A stretch of DNA of 24,000 nt, from contig CAYJDY010000010.1 in NCBI GenBank assembly GCA_964369045.1, forward strand, positions 3,333 through 27,332, written 5' to 3'. The number at the start of each line of letters is the position of its first letter. The first letter of the stretch is position 1. Under the pieces are notes generated by a model. That model ran no database searches, had not been told where the DNA came from, and saw nothing but the letters and a program-made list of their open reading frames with translations. The stretch is from an uncultured Candidatus Saccharibacteria bacterium. Its GTDB lineage: Bacteria > Patescibacteriota > Saccharimonadia > Saccharimonadales > AWTP1-31. Both the position numbers and the translations under genes were made by a program. Below, piece by piece: positions 1 through 7,336 of the stretch.

Positions 1-144
1 ACACTACAGCGATACGTAAACATGTATGGCCAAATTGAAACACGCAAAAAAACCGGACTTACTGAGAGTCAGCAACGACGTCTCTCAGTCGCTATTAAGC
101 GTGCACGACACTTGGCTTTGATGCCTTTCGTCGCTAATAATTAA
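1..144 (+). CDS. rpsR: 30S ribosomal protein S18, C-terminal part (5' end lies outside the window)
   Basis: Frame 1 reads ...KKTGLTESQQRRLSVAIKRARHLALMPFVANN* and ends at TAA 142-144. The AIKRAR-LAL-P(F/Y) tail is the conserved S18 C-terminus. Confidence 0.75.
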   Translation, partial: TLQRYVNMYGQIETRKKTGLTESQQRRLSVAIKRARHLALMPFVANN

Positions 145-162
145 GTCTTTTGAGGCAAACAA

Positions 163-441
163 ATGGATGAGCTTCGAAAACAGGCAGAACAGCTCCAAAA
201 CAAGATACGCAACTATCTTGATCAGCCAAAACATGCACATGCACAGACGCTAACGCGTGAAGTGGATAACTTGATCCTAGACATACGTGCCAAAAAGCAT
301 CCGCTTTCGATCGAAAATCGTATCAAACAAGTTATCAAGCACCTTGAAGCATTTACTGATGACACTATTATGGATTATCGCCATATTGACGAGATTATTC
401 AGCATTCGAACAATATGCGGCAGGCAACACAGAAACTGTAA
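163..441 (+). CDS. Hypothetical small helical protein (92 aa)
   Basis: This ORF fills the rpsR-efp gap and has a charged, helical-looking composition. No family was recognised. Confidence 0.45.
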   Translation: MDELRKQAEQLQNKIRNYLDQPKHAHAQTLTREVDNLILDIRAKKHPLSIENRIKQVIKHLEAFTDDTIMDYRHIDEIIQHSNNMRQATQKL

Positions 442-453
442 AAAAGGAACAAT

Positions 454-1020
454 ATGGCACTCAGCATTACAGATCTCAAAAAAGGAACAATATTTAAGCT
501 CGATGGTACACCGTACCGAGTCGTGGAGTATTCCCAGAAAGTTATGGGGCGTGGTGGCTCTATAGTCAATGTTCGGATAAAAAGTTTGATCGACGGCAGC
601 GTGCTAGCGAAGACCTTCAAAGGGAATGAACAACTCGAATATGCCGATGTTAGTAACCGTAATGTTCAGTATTTATACAACGATGCTAACACGTTCTTCT
701 TTATGGAAGAGGAAACATTTGAGCAGTTCGAGGTTCCATCTTCAATCCTAGGCGAACAGTCGGGCTACCTAAAAGAAGGCGACAAAGTTCAAGCACAACT
801 TTTTGATGGACGTGTGATTAATATTGATTTACCAAAAAACGTGCCACTTCTCGTAACCTATACGGAAGACGTTGTTAAGGGCGATACCACTAGTAATGTA
901 CTCAAAGACGCTATGCTCGAGACCGGAATATCAGTAAAAGTACCAGCTTTTATTAAGCAAGGTGATCTCATTAATGTCGATACCAGCACTGGTGCATACC
1001 GCGAACGCGTAAAAGAATAA
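454..1020 (+). CDS. efp: Translation elongation factor P
   Basis: The 188-aa product aligns along its full length to the EF-P pattern (G..F..DG.PYRVVE..., ...KGDT...K.A.LETG..V.VP.FI..GD.I.VDT..G.Y..R). The SD AAGGAA lies upstream. Confidence 0.95.
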   Translation: MALSITDLKKGTIFKLDGTPYRVVEYSQKVMGRGGSIVNVRIKSLIDGSVLAKTFKGNEQLEYADVSNRNVQYLYNDANTFFFMEEETFEQFEVPSSILGEQSGYLKEGDKVQAQLFDGRVINIDLPKNVPLLVTYTEDVVKGDTTSNVLKDAMLETGISVKVPAFIKQGDLINVDTSTGAYRERVKE

Positions 1021-1021
1021 G

Positions 1022-1747
1022 ATGAATAACCAAAAGATTCGGCTCGATCACCTCGTGCTAGAACTAGGCCTGGTCATCTCGCGAAGCCAAGCCGAGAATC
1101 AGATAAAATTGGGGAATATACTGGTTAATGGGCTGGTAGTAAAGAGGGCGGGGACGCTTGTCTGGCCAGATGCTGCAATTGAGCTTACTGCCAAAGAGCA
1201 GTATGTGTCGCGCGCGGGGCTAAAGCTTGCCAGTGTTGCCCAAACACTCGGTGTCTCGTTCGAGGGCACTACCGTACTAGATGTGGGGTCATCGACTGGT
1301 GGCTTCACCGAGTATGCATTACGCCATGGTGCACATAAGGTTATCGCAGTAGAGATCGGGAGCAATCAATTGCATCCAAGCCTTCATGGTGACCCAAGGA
1401 TTGAGCTTCATGAGCAAACTGATATCCGAAATTTTAAAACTCCAGAGAAAATTGATGTGGTGGTTGCTGATGTCTCATTCGTGAGCCTACGTGACATACT
1501 TCCGAGTGTTGCAAAGCTTTGCACTAAGAACACGCAAATAATTGCTATGGTAAAACCACAATTCGAAGCAAAGATGAGTAATCTATCTCACCGTGGAGTC
1601 ATAAAGAACGAGAAAGTCAGACGGGATATCCTAAAAGACTTTGAATTGTGGGCACGGAATCACTTCGTTATCATCAATAAATCAGACTCCGACATCACGG
1701 GTGCCAAAGGTAACAGGGAACGATTCTACTTATTGAAGAAATCCTAA
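1022..1747 (+). CDS. tlyA: TlyA-family rRNA 2'-O-methyltransferase (S4-like domain + FtsJ-like SAM methyltransferase)
   Basis: The N-terminus has an S4-like segment (RLDHLV...SRSQAENQIKLGNILVNG). It is followed by YVSRAGLKL and the SAM motif VLDVGSSTGGFT, then DVSFVSL. The start is 1 nt after the efp stop. Confidence 0.85.
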   Translation: MNNQKIRLDHLVLELGLVISRSQAENQIKLGNILVNGLVVKRAGTLVWPDAAIELTAKEQYVSRAGLKLASVAQTLGVSFEGTTVLDVGSSTGGFTEYALRHGAHKVIAVEIGSNQLHPSLHGDPRIELHEQTDIRNFKTPEKIDVVVADVSFVSLRDILPSVAKLCTKNTQIIAMVKPQFEAKMSNLSHRGVIKNEKVRRDILKDFELWARNHFVIINKSDSDITGAKGNRERFYLLKKS

Positions 1748-1792
1748 GCATCTATGCTCGACGAACTGCTTATGTTTACGTAGAATTAGAGC

Positions 1793-2473
1793 ATGTATTT
1801 CACCAACCGTGTTGAGGCCGGTAAGCAATTAGCCGACAAACTATTAAAGTACAAAGGCTTAAATTGTACACTTGTTGCGCTCTCTGATGGGGCAGTTGTT
1901 ATTGCCATCCAAGCTGCAGCAATACTAGAATGTCCAATCAGTATGTTGCTCACAGAAGGCATAGACGCGCCCGGCGAGAGGGAGTCGGTAGCCAACATAA
2001 ATCAAGACGGCCAGTTTGGCTACAACCAATCATATACGTCAGGCCAGATCGATGAATTCAATATGGAATATTTTCAGTTGTTCGAGCAGAAAAAGATGGA
2101 GAAACTCAGCAAGATGCACCGACTACTCGGAAGACTTGGTGTAATCAAGAGAGACATGTTAAAAGGCCACACAGTTATATTAGTCGCCGATGGTCTTGGC
2201 GATAACTCAACAATTGATTCAGCAATGCTGTATCTAAAATCCATCAAGTACAAGCAACTCATAATTGCCACACCTTTCGCTAGTGTTAATACCGTTGACC
2301 GGATGCATCTACTTGCGGATGAGATTGCCTGCCTAAATGTCGTGCAGAACTTTATGGGTGTGAATCATTATTACGAAGATAACCTTATCCCACCACATGA
2401 CGTCATTATTAAATCCGTACAGAATATGGTCCAGAATTGGCAAGAGCCTGTCCCAATAGGCCCAGCAAAGTAA
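1793..2473 (+). CDS. Phosphoribosyltransferase-like protein (PRTase fold, function unknown)
   Basis: The N-terminus FTNRVEAGKQLADKL... and the later hydrophobic-acidic PRPP-loop-like VILVADGLGDNST resemble the two-part putative-PRTase family. TAGAAT sits 6 nt upstream of the ATG. Confidence 0.5.
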   Translation: MYFTNRVEAGKQLADKLLKYKGLNCTLVALSDGAVVIAIQAAAILECPISMLLTEGIDAPGERESVANINQDGQFGYNQSYTSGQIDEFNMEYFQLFEQKKMEKLSKMHRLLGRLGVIKRDMLKGHTVILVADGLGDNSTIDSAMLYLKSIKYKQLIIATPFASVNTVDRMHLLADEIACLNVVQNFMGVNHYYEDNLIPPHDVIIKSVQNMVQNWQEPVPIGPAK

Positions 2474-2503
2474 ACGCTAGCATATTGACAAAATAGACAT
2501 AAA

Positions 2504-3175
2504 ATGCTAATGTATACGCATATTATGAAAAACAATGAAGCACACAAGTTTAATCAAATGATGGCCGGAGTAGGCGAGAAAGACCGTTCGCCCGAATTCA
2601 AAATTGCGCGAGCTAAAATCATCGATACTGTCGACGATATGTTTTCACAACTCGAAGATGCAAAGGAGAGTGGCGACCGACCTTTTAAGTTTGGAGGCGC
2701 GGTATTCGGCGTGCTCGGCATAGAGCGTTCGACTGTTCAAAACCCATTTGGTGGGGTATCACTCCTAAGTGAGAAAGCAAAAGCAACTCCTGGTTTGTAT
2801 GTTGGTCATGACCAAGCAGATGGCCAAGATGTAATCTTTCTGCGACGGCCCGATAAAACTACAGTTGAAATTCGACGCGATGCACTGCTTACCGGACTTA
2901 TTTTACCTGCTGATCCAGCAAGTTCATGGGACCCAGCTCCAAAAACTGTTAGTAACCTCCAAAATCTTGTAAGTATTACCGAGAGTCAGGAAGATGGCGG
3001 TTCACACGGGTATAGCGTAACTGCCTCAGGGGCTATTTATCATACAACAAAAGAACCGGGCAGAAACGGAATGAATAGCACTGGCCCCATAGGTCCTACA
3101 GATATTGAAGCAGTGGCTTCTGCACAAGCATTGTTTGATCAAGCACAGCAGGACTTCTTTCTAGACCAGGACTAG
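2504..3175 (+). CDS. Hypothetical protein (223 aa; the true start may be ATG 2525)
   Basis: This is a long ORF with no recognisable motif. TTGACA (2485-2490), a 17-nt spacer and TAATGT (2508-2513) would place the transcription start after ATG 2504, which favours M8 (2525) as the start. Confidence 0.5.
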   Translation: MLMYTHIMKNNEAHKFNQMMAGVGEKDRSPEFKIARAKIIDTVDDMFSQLEDAKESGDRPFKFGGAVFGVLGIERSTVQNPFGGVSLLSEKAKATPGLYVGHDQADGQDVIFLRRPDKTTVEIRRDALLTGLILPADPASSWDPAPKTVSNLQNLVSITESQEDGGSHGYSVTASGAIYHTTKEPGRNGMNSTGPIGPTDIEAVASAQALFDQAQQDFFLDQD

Positions 3176-4242
3176 ACGTTAAAACGAAATTCAACGATGT
3201 CGTTGGGTTGCATGATGTAGGTTTTGCCCTCGGTACGTACTTTTCCGTTTGCCTTGGCAGCTTGTTCAGAGCCCGCGGTAATGAGGTCTTCATAATCAAT
3301 AATTTGGGCAGCGATAAACCCTCGTTCGAAGTCCCCATGAATCACGCCAGCTGCTTGCGGGGCAGTGAAGCCTTTCTTGATTGTCCAGGCACGAACTTCT
3401 TTTTCGCCAGCAGTTAGGTAACTTTGTAGTCCTAATATGTCGTAGGCAGTATGAATCAGTTGCACCAGTCCTGATTCGGACTGTCCATAGCTCTCTAGCA
3501 TCTCGGTGCGATCATTTTCGTCTAGCCCTCGAAGTTCGCTTTCCAGCTTTGCACAGATAAACAAACTTTTTGATGGTGCTACAATTGTGCTGAGTTTGTC
3601 TCGTCTTTCCTTATCAATAAGTGTGTCTTCATCTACGTTGAACACGTAAATTACTTGTTTGGCTGTTATAAGTTGCAGGTCTGCAATATGTTCCGGGTTA
3701 ATGCCAAGCTCACTGGCAAGACGTCCGTCATTTAATCCGGTTAGTAAGGTTTGATACGACTCAACAATTGGTTTTAATTTTGTGTTCGCCCGGGCCTCTT
3801 TCTCTAGGCGGGGGAGCCGTTTCTCTAGCGTTTGGATATCTGCCAGCACCAGCTCAGTATTAATAATGTCGATGTCTTTTTTTGGATCGTGCTGTTCATC
3901 AACGTGGATGATGTCGTTATCAGTAAAAGCCCGTACTACATGCACAATTGCATTGGTGCTACGAATGTGGCTCAGGAACTGATTTCCTAGTCCTTCACCT
4001 TTGGATGCTCCAGCAACGAGTCCTGCGATATCAACAAATGTTACCGTGGCAGGGATAACTTTTTGGGCGTTGTATAGATCGCGCAGCTTCTGAAGCCGCT
4101 CATCAGGTACCGGTACGATACCAGTGTTTGGCTCGATGGTTGCAAAAGGGTAGTTGGCAGCTAATACCTCTGCATCCGTCAGGGCATTAAAGAGGGTAGA
4201 TTTGCCAACGTTAGGCAGTCCAACAATTCCTATTGAAAGCAT
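3172..4242 (-). CDS. ychF: Ribosome-binding ATPase YchF (Obg-family P-loop NTPase)
   Basis: It has the canonical N-terminus MLSIGIVGLPNVGKSTLFNALT, the FVDIAGLV..AS.GEGLGN.FL motif, and a TGS-like C-terminus ending ...YIMQPNDIVEFRFNV. Confidence 0.95.
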   Translation of the reverse strand: MLSIGIVGLPNVGKSTLFNALTDAEVLAANYPFATIEPNTGIVPVPDERLQKLRDLYNAQKVIPATVTFVDIAGLVAGASKGEGLGNQFLSHIRSTNAIVHVVRAFTDNDIIHVDEQHDPKKDIDIINTELVLADIQTLEKRLPRLEKEARANTKLKPIVESYQTLLTGLNDGRLASELGINPEHIADLQLITAKQVIYVFNVDEDTLIDKERRDKLSTIVAPSKSLFICAKLESELRGLDENDRTEMLESYGQSESGLVQLIHTAYDILGLQSYLTAGEKEVRAWTIKKGFTAPQAAGVIHGDFERGFIAAQIIDYEDLITAGSEQAAKANGKVRTEGKTYIMQPNDIVEFRFNV

Positions 4243-5905
4243 TTAAACCAACCTTTCCGTCTTTTGACAGATGATTTGACAACTGGTCTGAAAAGTTAGA
4301 TTCATGTAGTTGTTTTGTAAAGTACCCGTTGCTATCGTTAGCATAGTACCCAACTTGTTCTGTCGCTGGAATTGGAATACGACCCCATATAGTGACCTCC
4401 TGCTTAGTTGCTTCTATTTTAGTTACAAGTTTTCTTATAACAGATTTCTTATCTGCAAAATCTAGACTTTGTACTAATTTTAGCACGCCGTCAATCAGTT
4501 GTTCCACTGGAATAACAGGCTTGTTAACAAGTTCTGCTTCAATACCTGACATCTCAGATACTATATCGGCACGCTTGGTATTGGTTTCGTGAAAGTTATC
4601 CTTATACAGACGTTCTGACATTACTCCCTGACCATAGGCTTTAGTGTAGCGGCGTTCCTCATCATCTAAGCTCTTGAGACGCTTTTTAAGTGCTACTAGC
4701 TGGCTTTCTAGTGGGGAAGAGGACTTCTGCCAGCGTTCCGCTTGCTTGATGACTAGTGAAGGGTCACTGAGTAGAGCTTTTATATTGTTCCAGACTAATG
4801 CGTCAAACACAGGTGCGTTGATACCGTGCTCGTAGCATTGGCGAGGCAGAGGAAACTTACTAAGCCTGTCAGTGCAACGATAGTATAGATTTCCTTTGTT
4901 GGCAGGGTCACCAGTACGGGCTTTTCCGCATACACAATTCACCAAGCCAGCCACAAGGTACTGATTTTTGCTGTTATTTCGTGTGTTGACTCTCTTATGG
5001 AGTGCTAACTGTACTTGAACCTTATCAAATAGCTCTGGGCTAACGATTGCTGGCACTTCTACGCTTAGCCACTCTTCCATAGGACGGCGTTTGCGGCTAC
5101 CTTTAATCACTTTGCGATACTTCTGTTCAGGATTTTGTGGGTTCTTTGTAGGTACAGATTCACTCTTGTTATAGTAGTGAATACCTTTGTAGGTGGTATC
5201 TCTGACCGTTCGGTCAAGTGTTCCGCCACTCCATTGTTCACGCTTTCCTTTAGGTGGGGTAATGCCTTGTTCGAATAGTTGACGCTTCACTTCGTGCTTA
5301 GACATACCCGAAGCGATCCACTCAAATATCCGTTTAACAACTTTGGCTTGAGCCTTGTTGATAGAGAAGTATCCGTCACGAGCGTCTTCACCTGATTTTA
5401 TGCGTAGGTGATAGTCATAGCCATACTTAGGCTGGTAGCCTAAGAGCTTCTTGTTCTCACGAACTTTGCGGACTTTACCAAGACGCATACGCTCGGTAAT
5501 TTTAACCCTCTCATATTCGTGGAAGATACCCATTACACTGCCCATCATCACTTCTTCGCTGGTTTGCCCGTTAATATCATGTAGGCTTATGTATTCAATT
5601 CCACATTCACGTAGTTCCTCTAAAATAATCTCTTGATGAAGAAATTTACGTGACACACGTCCTCTGTCGTAAGAGTAGAGGACATCAAACTTTTTATCCC
5701 GTGCGTCTGAACGCATACGGTCTAGGTCGGGTCGCTCAATAATTGCTCCACTCCAACCCTCGTCTTTGTATATGCACTCTGGTAGTAGGTGGACATCTTT
5801 GTCTTCTTTGATTCGAGCAAGTAGCTCCATCTCTTGGCTTTGGATTGTTTGTTCTTCTTCTTGCTGTGCCGTACTGACACGCATATAAATTGCTGCTTTT
5901 TTCAT
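4211..5905 (-). CDS. Large serine recombinase (integrase)
   Basis: The N-terminal resolvase-type catalytic domain reads AAIYMRVSTAQQ (catalytic Ser) ...YSYDRGRVSRKF. It is followed by a recombinase domain (W.GGTLDRTVRDTTYKGIHYYNK), a Cys-containing zinc ribbon (CVCGK...YYRCTDR...RQC) and a coiled-coil tail. The SD AAGGAG lies upstream. Confidence 0.9.
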   Translation of the reverse strand: MKKAAIYMRVSTAQQEEEQTIQSQEMELLARIKEDKDVHLLPECIYKDEGWSGAIIERPDLDRMRSDARDKKFDVLYSYDRGRVSRKFLHQEIILEELRECGIEYISLHDINGQTSEEVMMGSVMGIFHEYERVKITERMRLGKVRKVRENKKLLGYQPKYGYDYHLRIKSGEDARDGYFSINKAQAKVVKRIFEWIASGMSKHEVKRQLFEQGITPPKGKREQWSGGTLDRTVRDTTYKGIHYYNKSESVPTKNPQNPEQKYRKVIKGSRKRRPMEEWLSVEVPAIVSPELFDKVQVQLALHKRVNTRNNSKNQYLVAGLVNCVCGKARTGDPANKGNLYYRCTDRLSKFPLPRQCYEHGINAPVFDALVWNNIKALLSDPSLVIKQAERWQKSSSPLESQLVALKKRLKSLDDEERRYTKAYGQGVMSERLYKDNFHETNTKRADIVSEMSGIEAELVNKPVIPVEQLIDGVLKLVQSLDFADKKSVIRKLVTKIEATKQEVTIWGRIPIPATEQVGYYANDSNGYFTKQLHESNFSDQLSNHLSKDGKVGLNAFNRNCWTA

Positions 5906-6087
5906 TGCTTTCTCCTTGTGGAGTGGTTGGCTATAAATTTCTGCAAGGCGGTTTCACTAATGCGGTAGCCTCTGCCAAGCTTAACGGCTTCTAACTTTCC
6001 GCTTTTAATGTAAGTGAGTACGCTCTGCCAGTGGATTTGCAGTATGTCTGCTACTTCCTGTACTGTATGAAATTTATAGTCAACCAT
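5902..6087 (-). CDS. Excisionase/MerR-type HTH DNA-binding protein (candidate recombination directionality factor or regulator)
   Basis: The 61-aa product has HTVQEVADILQIHWQSVLTYIKSGKLEAVKLGRGYRISETALQKFI, which matches the excisionase-family HTH_17 pattern. Its stop overlaps the recombinase ATG (ATGA, 5902-5905). Confidence 0.7.
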   Translation of the reverse strand: MVDYKFHTVQEVADILQIHWQSVLTYIKSGKLEAVKLGRGYRISETALQKFIANHSTRRKQ

Positions 6088-6097
6088 TGTATCTCCA

Positions 6098-6125
6098 TTA
6101 TTAGTTATTTGTAAGTAATTGTCAA
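6098..6125 (-). promoter_or_regulatory. Candidate sigma70-type promoter for the HTH-recombinase operon
   Basis: On the minus strand, TTGACA (6125-6120) is followed by a 16-nt spacer and TAATAA (6103-6098), about 10 nt upstream of ATG 6087. Confidence 0.4.
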
Positions 6126-6144
6126 TGTTAATCTGTTATATTCG

Positions 6145-6276
6145 TTATCTAATCTCCTTTTCTACCTGTTCAAATAGTTTGTTAAATATCTCGTCTAAGA
6201 TGTTGGATTCGTCTTCCACGACTATGTATTCAACCGTCGGTTCTTTTTGCGGGCTAGATGCTTCCTTTCTTTTCAT
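6145..6276 (-). CDS. Possible small ORF (43 aa, MKRKEASSPQKEPTVEYIVVEDESNILDEIFNKLFEQVEKEIR)
   Basis: I translated this by hand; it is below the ORF-track size cutoff. It has the same orientation as the surrounding operon and a plausible charged composition. No SD or family was recognised. Confidence 0.25.
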   Translation of the reverse strand: MKRKEASSPQKEPTVEYIVVEDESNILDEIFNKLFEQVEKEIR

Positions 6277-6290
6277 GGCATATCTTCTAA

Positions 6291-6437
6291 GTCTTATCTA
6301 TCTCATAAACAGTAATCCTATAGGTTAGTTAGCTATCTATTAGTACTAGCTATCTCATAGTTCTTGGTAATCCTATAGGTTAAATAGTTATCTATACAGA
6401 ATTAGTTATCTAATAGGTCTAGTAATCAAATAGGTTA
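6291..6437. repeat. Operator/iteron-like repeat array with 55-bp periodicity
   Basis: The 16-mer GTAATCCTATAGGTTA occurs at 6312-6327 and 6367-6382, with a degenerate copy GTAATCAAATAGGTTA at 6422-6437. Its core CCTATAGG is palindromic. The copies are interleaved with TAGCTATCT (6330-6338, 6347-6355) and TAGTTATCT (6385-6393, 6403-6411). Confidence 0.8.
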
Positions 6438-6451
6438 CTCTTATGTGAGAT

Positions 6452-6814
6452 TTAGAAAGACTTACCCTCCATTTCATCAATGGCTTTACCTAGCTCTGCT
6501 TCAATATCCATGTCCTCAATATCTTCAAAGACTTCTGAAGCGTTGTCGAACTCATCTACTGCTTTCAGTGCCAGCTCTTTCAAGAACTGCAACAGTTCGC
6601 TCGAACTGTCGTATTCGTAGTTGGTCTTCCAGTCCCCATTGGCGTTAAGTATTGCTGGCTTATAGACAACATACTCGCCCTCTTGAAGTTTTGACGGTAT
6701 GACACGTATGCCACTTACATAGAGACCTACGTCTGGGAAGTGAAGTTTGACGAAGTACGTACCGTTATCACGCTTACTAACCTCTGGGTAGTTGTGGCTA
6801 AAGTCTATATGCAT
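6452..6814 (-). CDS. Hypothetical protein (120 aa) with a beta-rich N-terminal half and a strongly acidic C-terminal tail
   Basis: The ORF overlaps the upstream gene's stop by 10 nt, which suggests translational coupling. The tail is DEFDNASEVFEDIEDMDIEAELGKAIDEMEGKSF. There is a faint SpoVG-like pattern (GLYVSGIRVI...), but it is not reliable. Confidence 0.55.
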   Translation of the reverse strand: MHIDFSHNYPEVSKRDNGTYFVKLHFPDVGLYVSGIRVIPSKLQEGEYVVYKPAILNANGDWKTNYEYDSSSELLQFLKELALKAVDEFDNASEVFEDIEDMDIEAELGKAIDEMEGKSF

Positions 6815-7182
6815 GACGAACCCCCATTGATGTCATGCCACAGCTTGTGCAACAGGTCGTACCACTCATCTGTATTGCGGTAGCGGTTGCAAAACACACG
6901 GTCTAGCTGTGCTTCCATAAGCTCAACATTCAAACATTTACGACGATACTGATTAACGTAGAATTTCTGACGTAACCAGCTTGGCTTTTGCTTGCCAGCT
7001 TGCTCAAAAAGCCACTTGGCCGTACTAAGCTGCTGACGTGTGATTGTTATTTCGATTTTAGACGCAACTCTCATCTGAGAAGTTGAATCGTTAATCGGTG
7101 TTTGGTGGCCATGAGCACTATTTGTGTGTTCCGAGCCATTCTGTTTATTTTGGTCGTGACTTTCTTTCTTAAAGTCTTTCAT
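6805..7182 (-). CDS. Hypothetical protein (125 aa)
   Basis: The ORF has the SD AAGGA 9 nt upstream of the ATG. No family was recognised. Confidence 0.55.
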   Translation of the reverse strand: MKDFKKESHDQNKQNGSEHTNSAHGHQTPINDSTSQMRVASKIEITITRQQLSTAKWLFEQAGKQKPSWLRQKFYVNQYRRKCLNVELMEAQLDRVFCNRYRNTDEWYDLLHKLWHDINGGSSCI

Positions 7183-7336
7183 TGTTATTGTCCTTAGGTT
7201 TATGGAGCACCGACGAGTTCGCTATTAAGTCGGTGGATTCCTGCGAACCTACATCGAGGATATTTCAAGCAGGAGCAATAGTCGTTGAATCGGTTTTATG
7301 TTGTATAAAAGTGGTTCAATTGAAGTTCAATTCGGT

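Noticed and set aside
287-620. Two ORFs (287-565 on the plus strand, 399-620 on the minus strand) overlap the 92-aa gene and efp.
   Set aside because: They are out of frame or antisense to the clearly recognisable efp gene, and their products look non-protein-like.
4243-4330. I looked for a tRNA/tmRNA integration target or long direct repeats at the island ends.
   Set aside because: Neither boundary (4243-4400 or 12502-12723) has a tRNA-like sequence, and I found no direct repeat of 10 bp or more shared between them. This fits a serine recombinase, so the exact att sites remain undefined.
6119-6328. A 69-aa plus-strand ORF crosses the island control region.
   Set aside because: It has low-complexity Ser/Leu/Ile-rich sequence and runs opposite to every neighbouring gene, through promoter and repeat DNA. 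The hand-translated 43-aa minus-strand ORF is a better candidate, though still weak.
6291-6437. The repeat array could be a CRISPR array.
   Set aside because: The repeats are only 9-16 bp and come in two interleaved types. The spacers between them are themselves repeated, there are only about 2.3 units, and there are no cas genes. This is not CRISPR architecture.
7208-7235. The hairpin CACCGAC-N14-GTCGGTG lies between the 317-aa and 125-aa genes and could be a terminator.
   Set aside because: It has a 14-nt loop and no adjacent U-run on the transcribed (minus) strand. It is as likely to be incidental.
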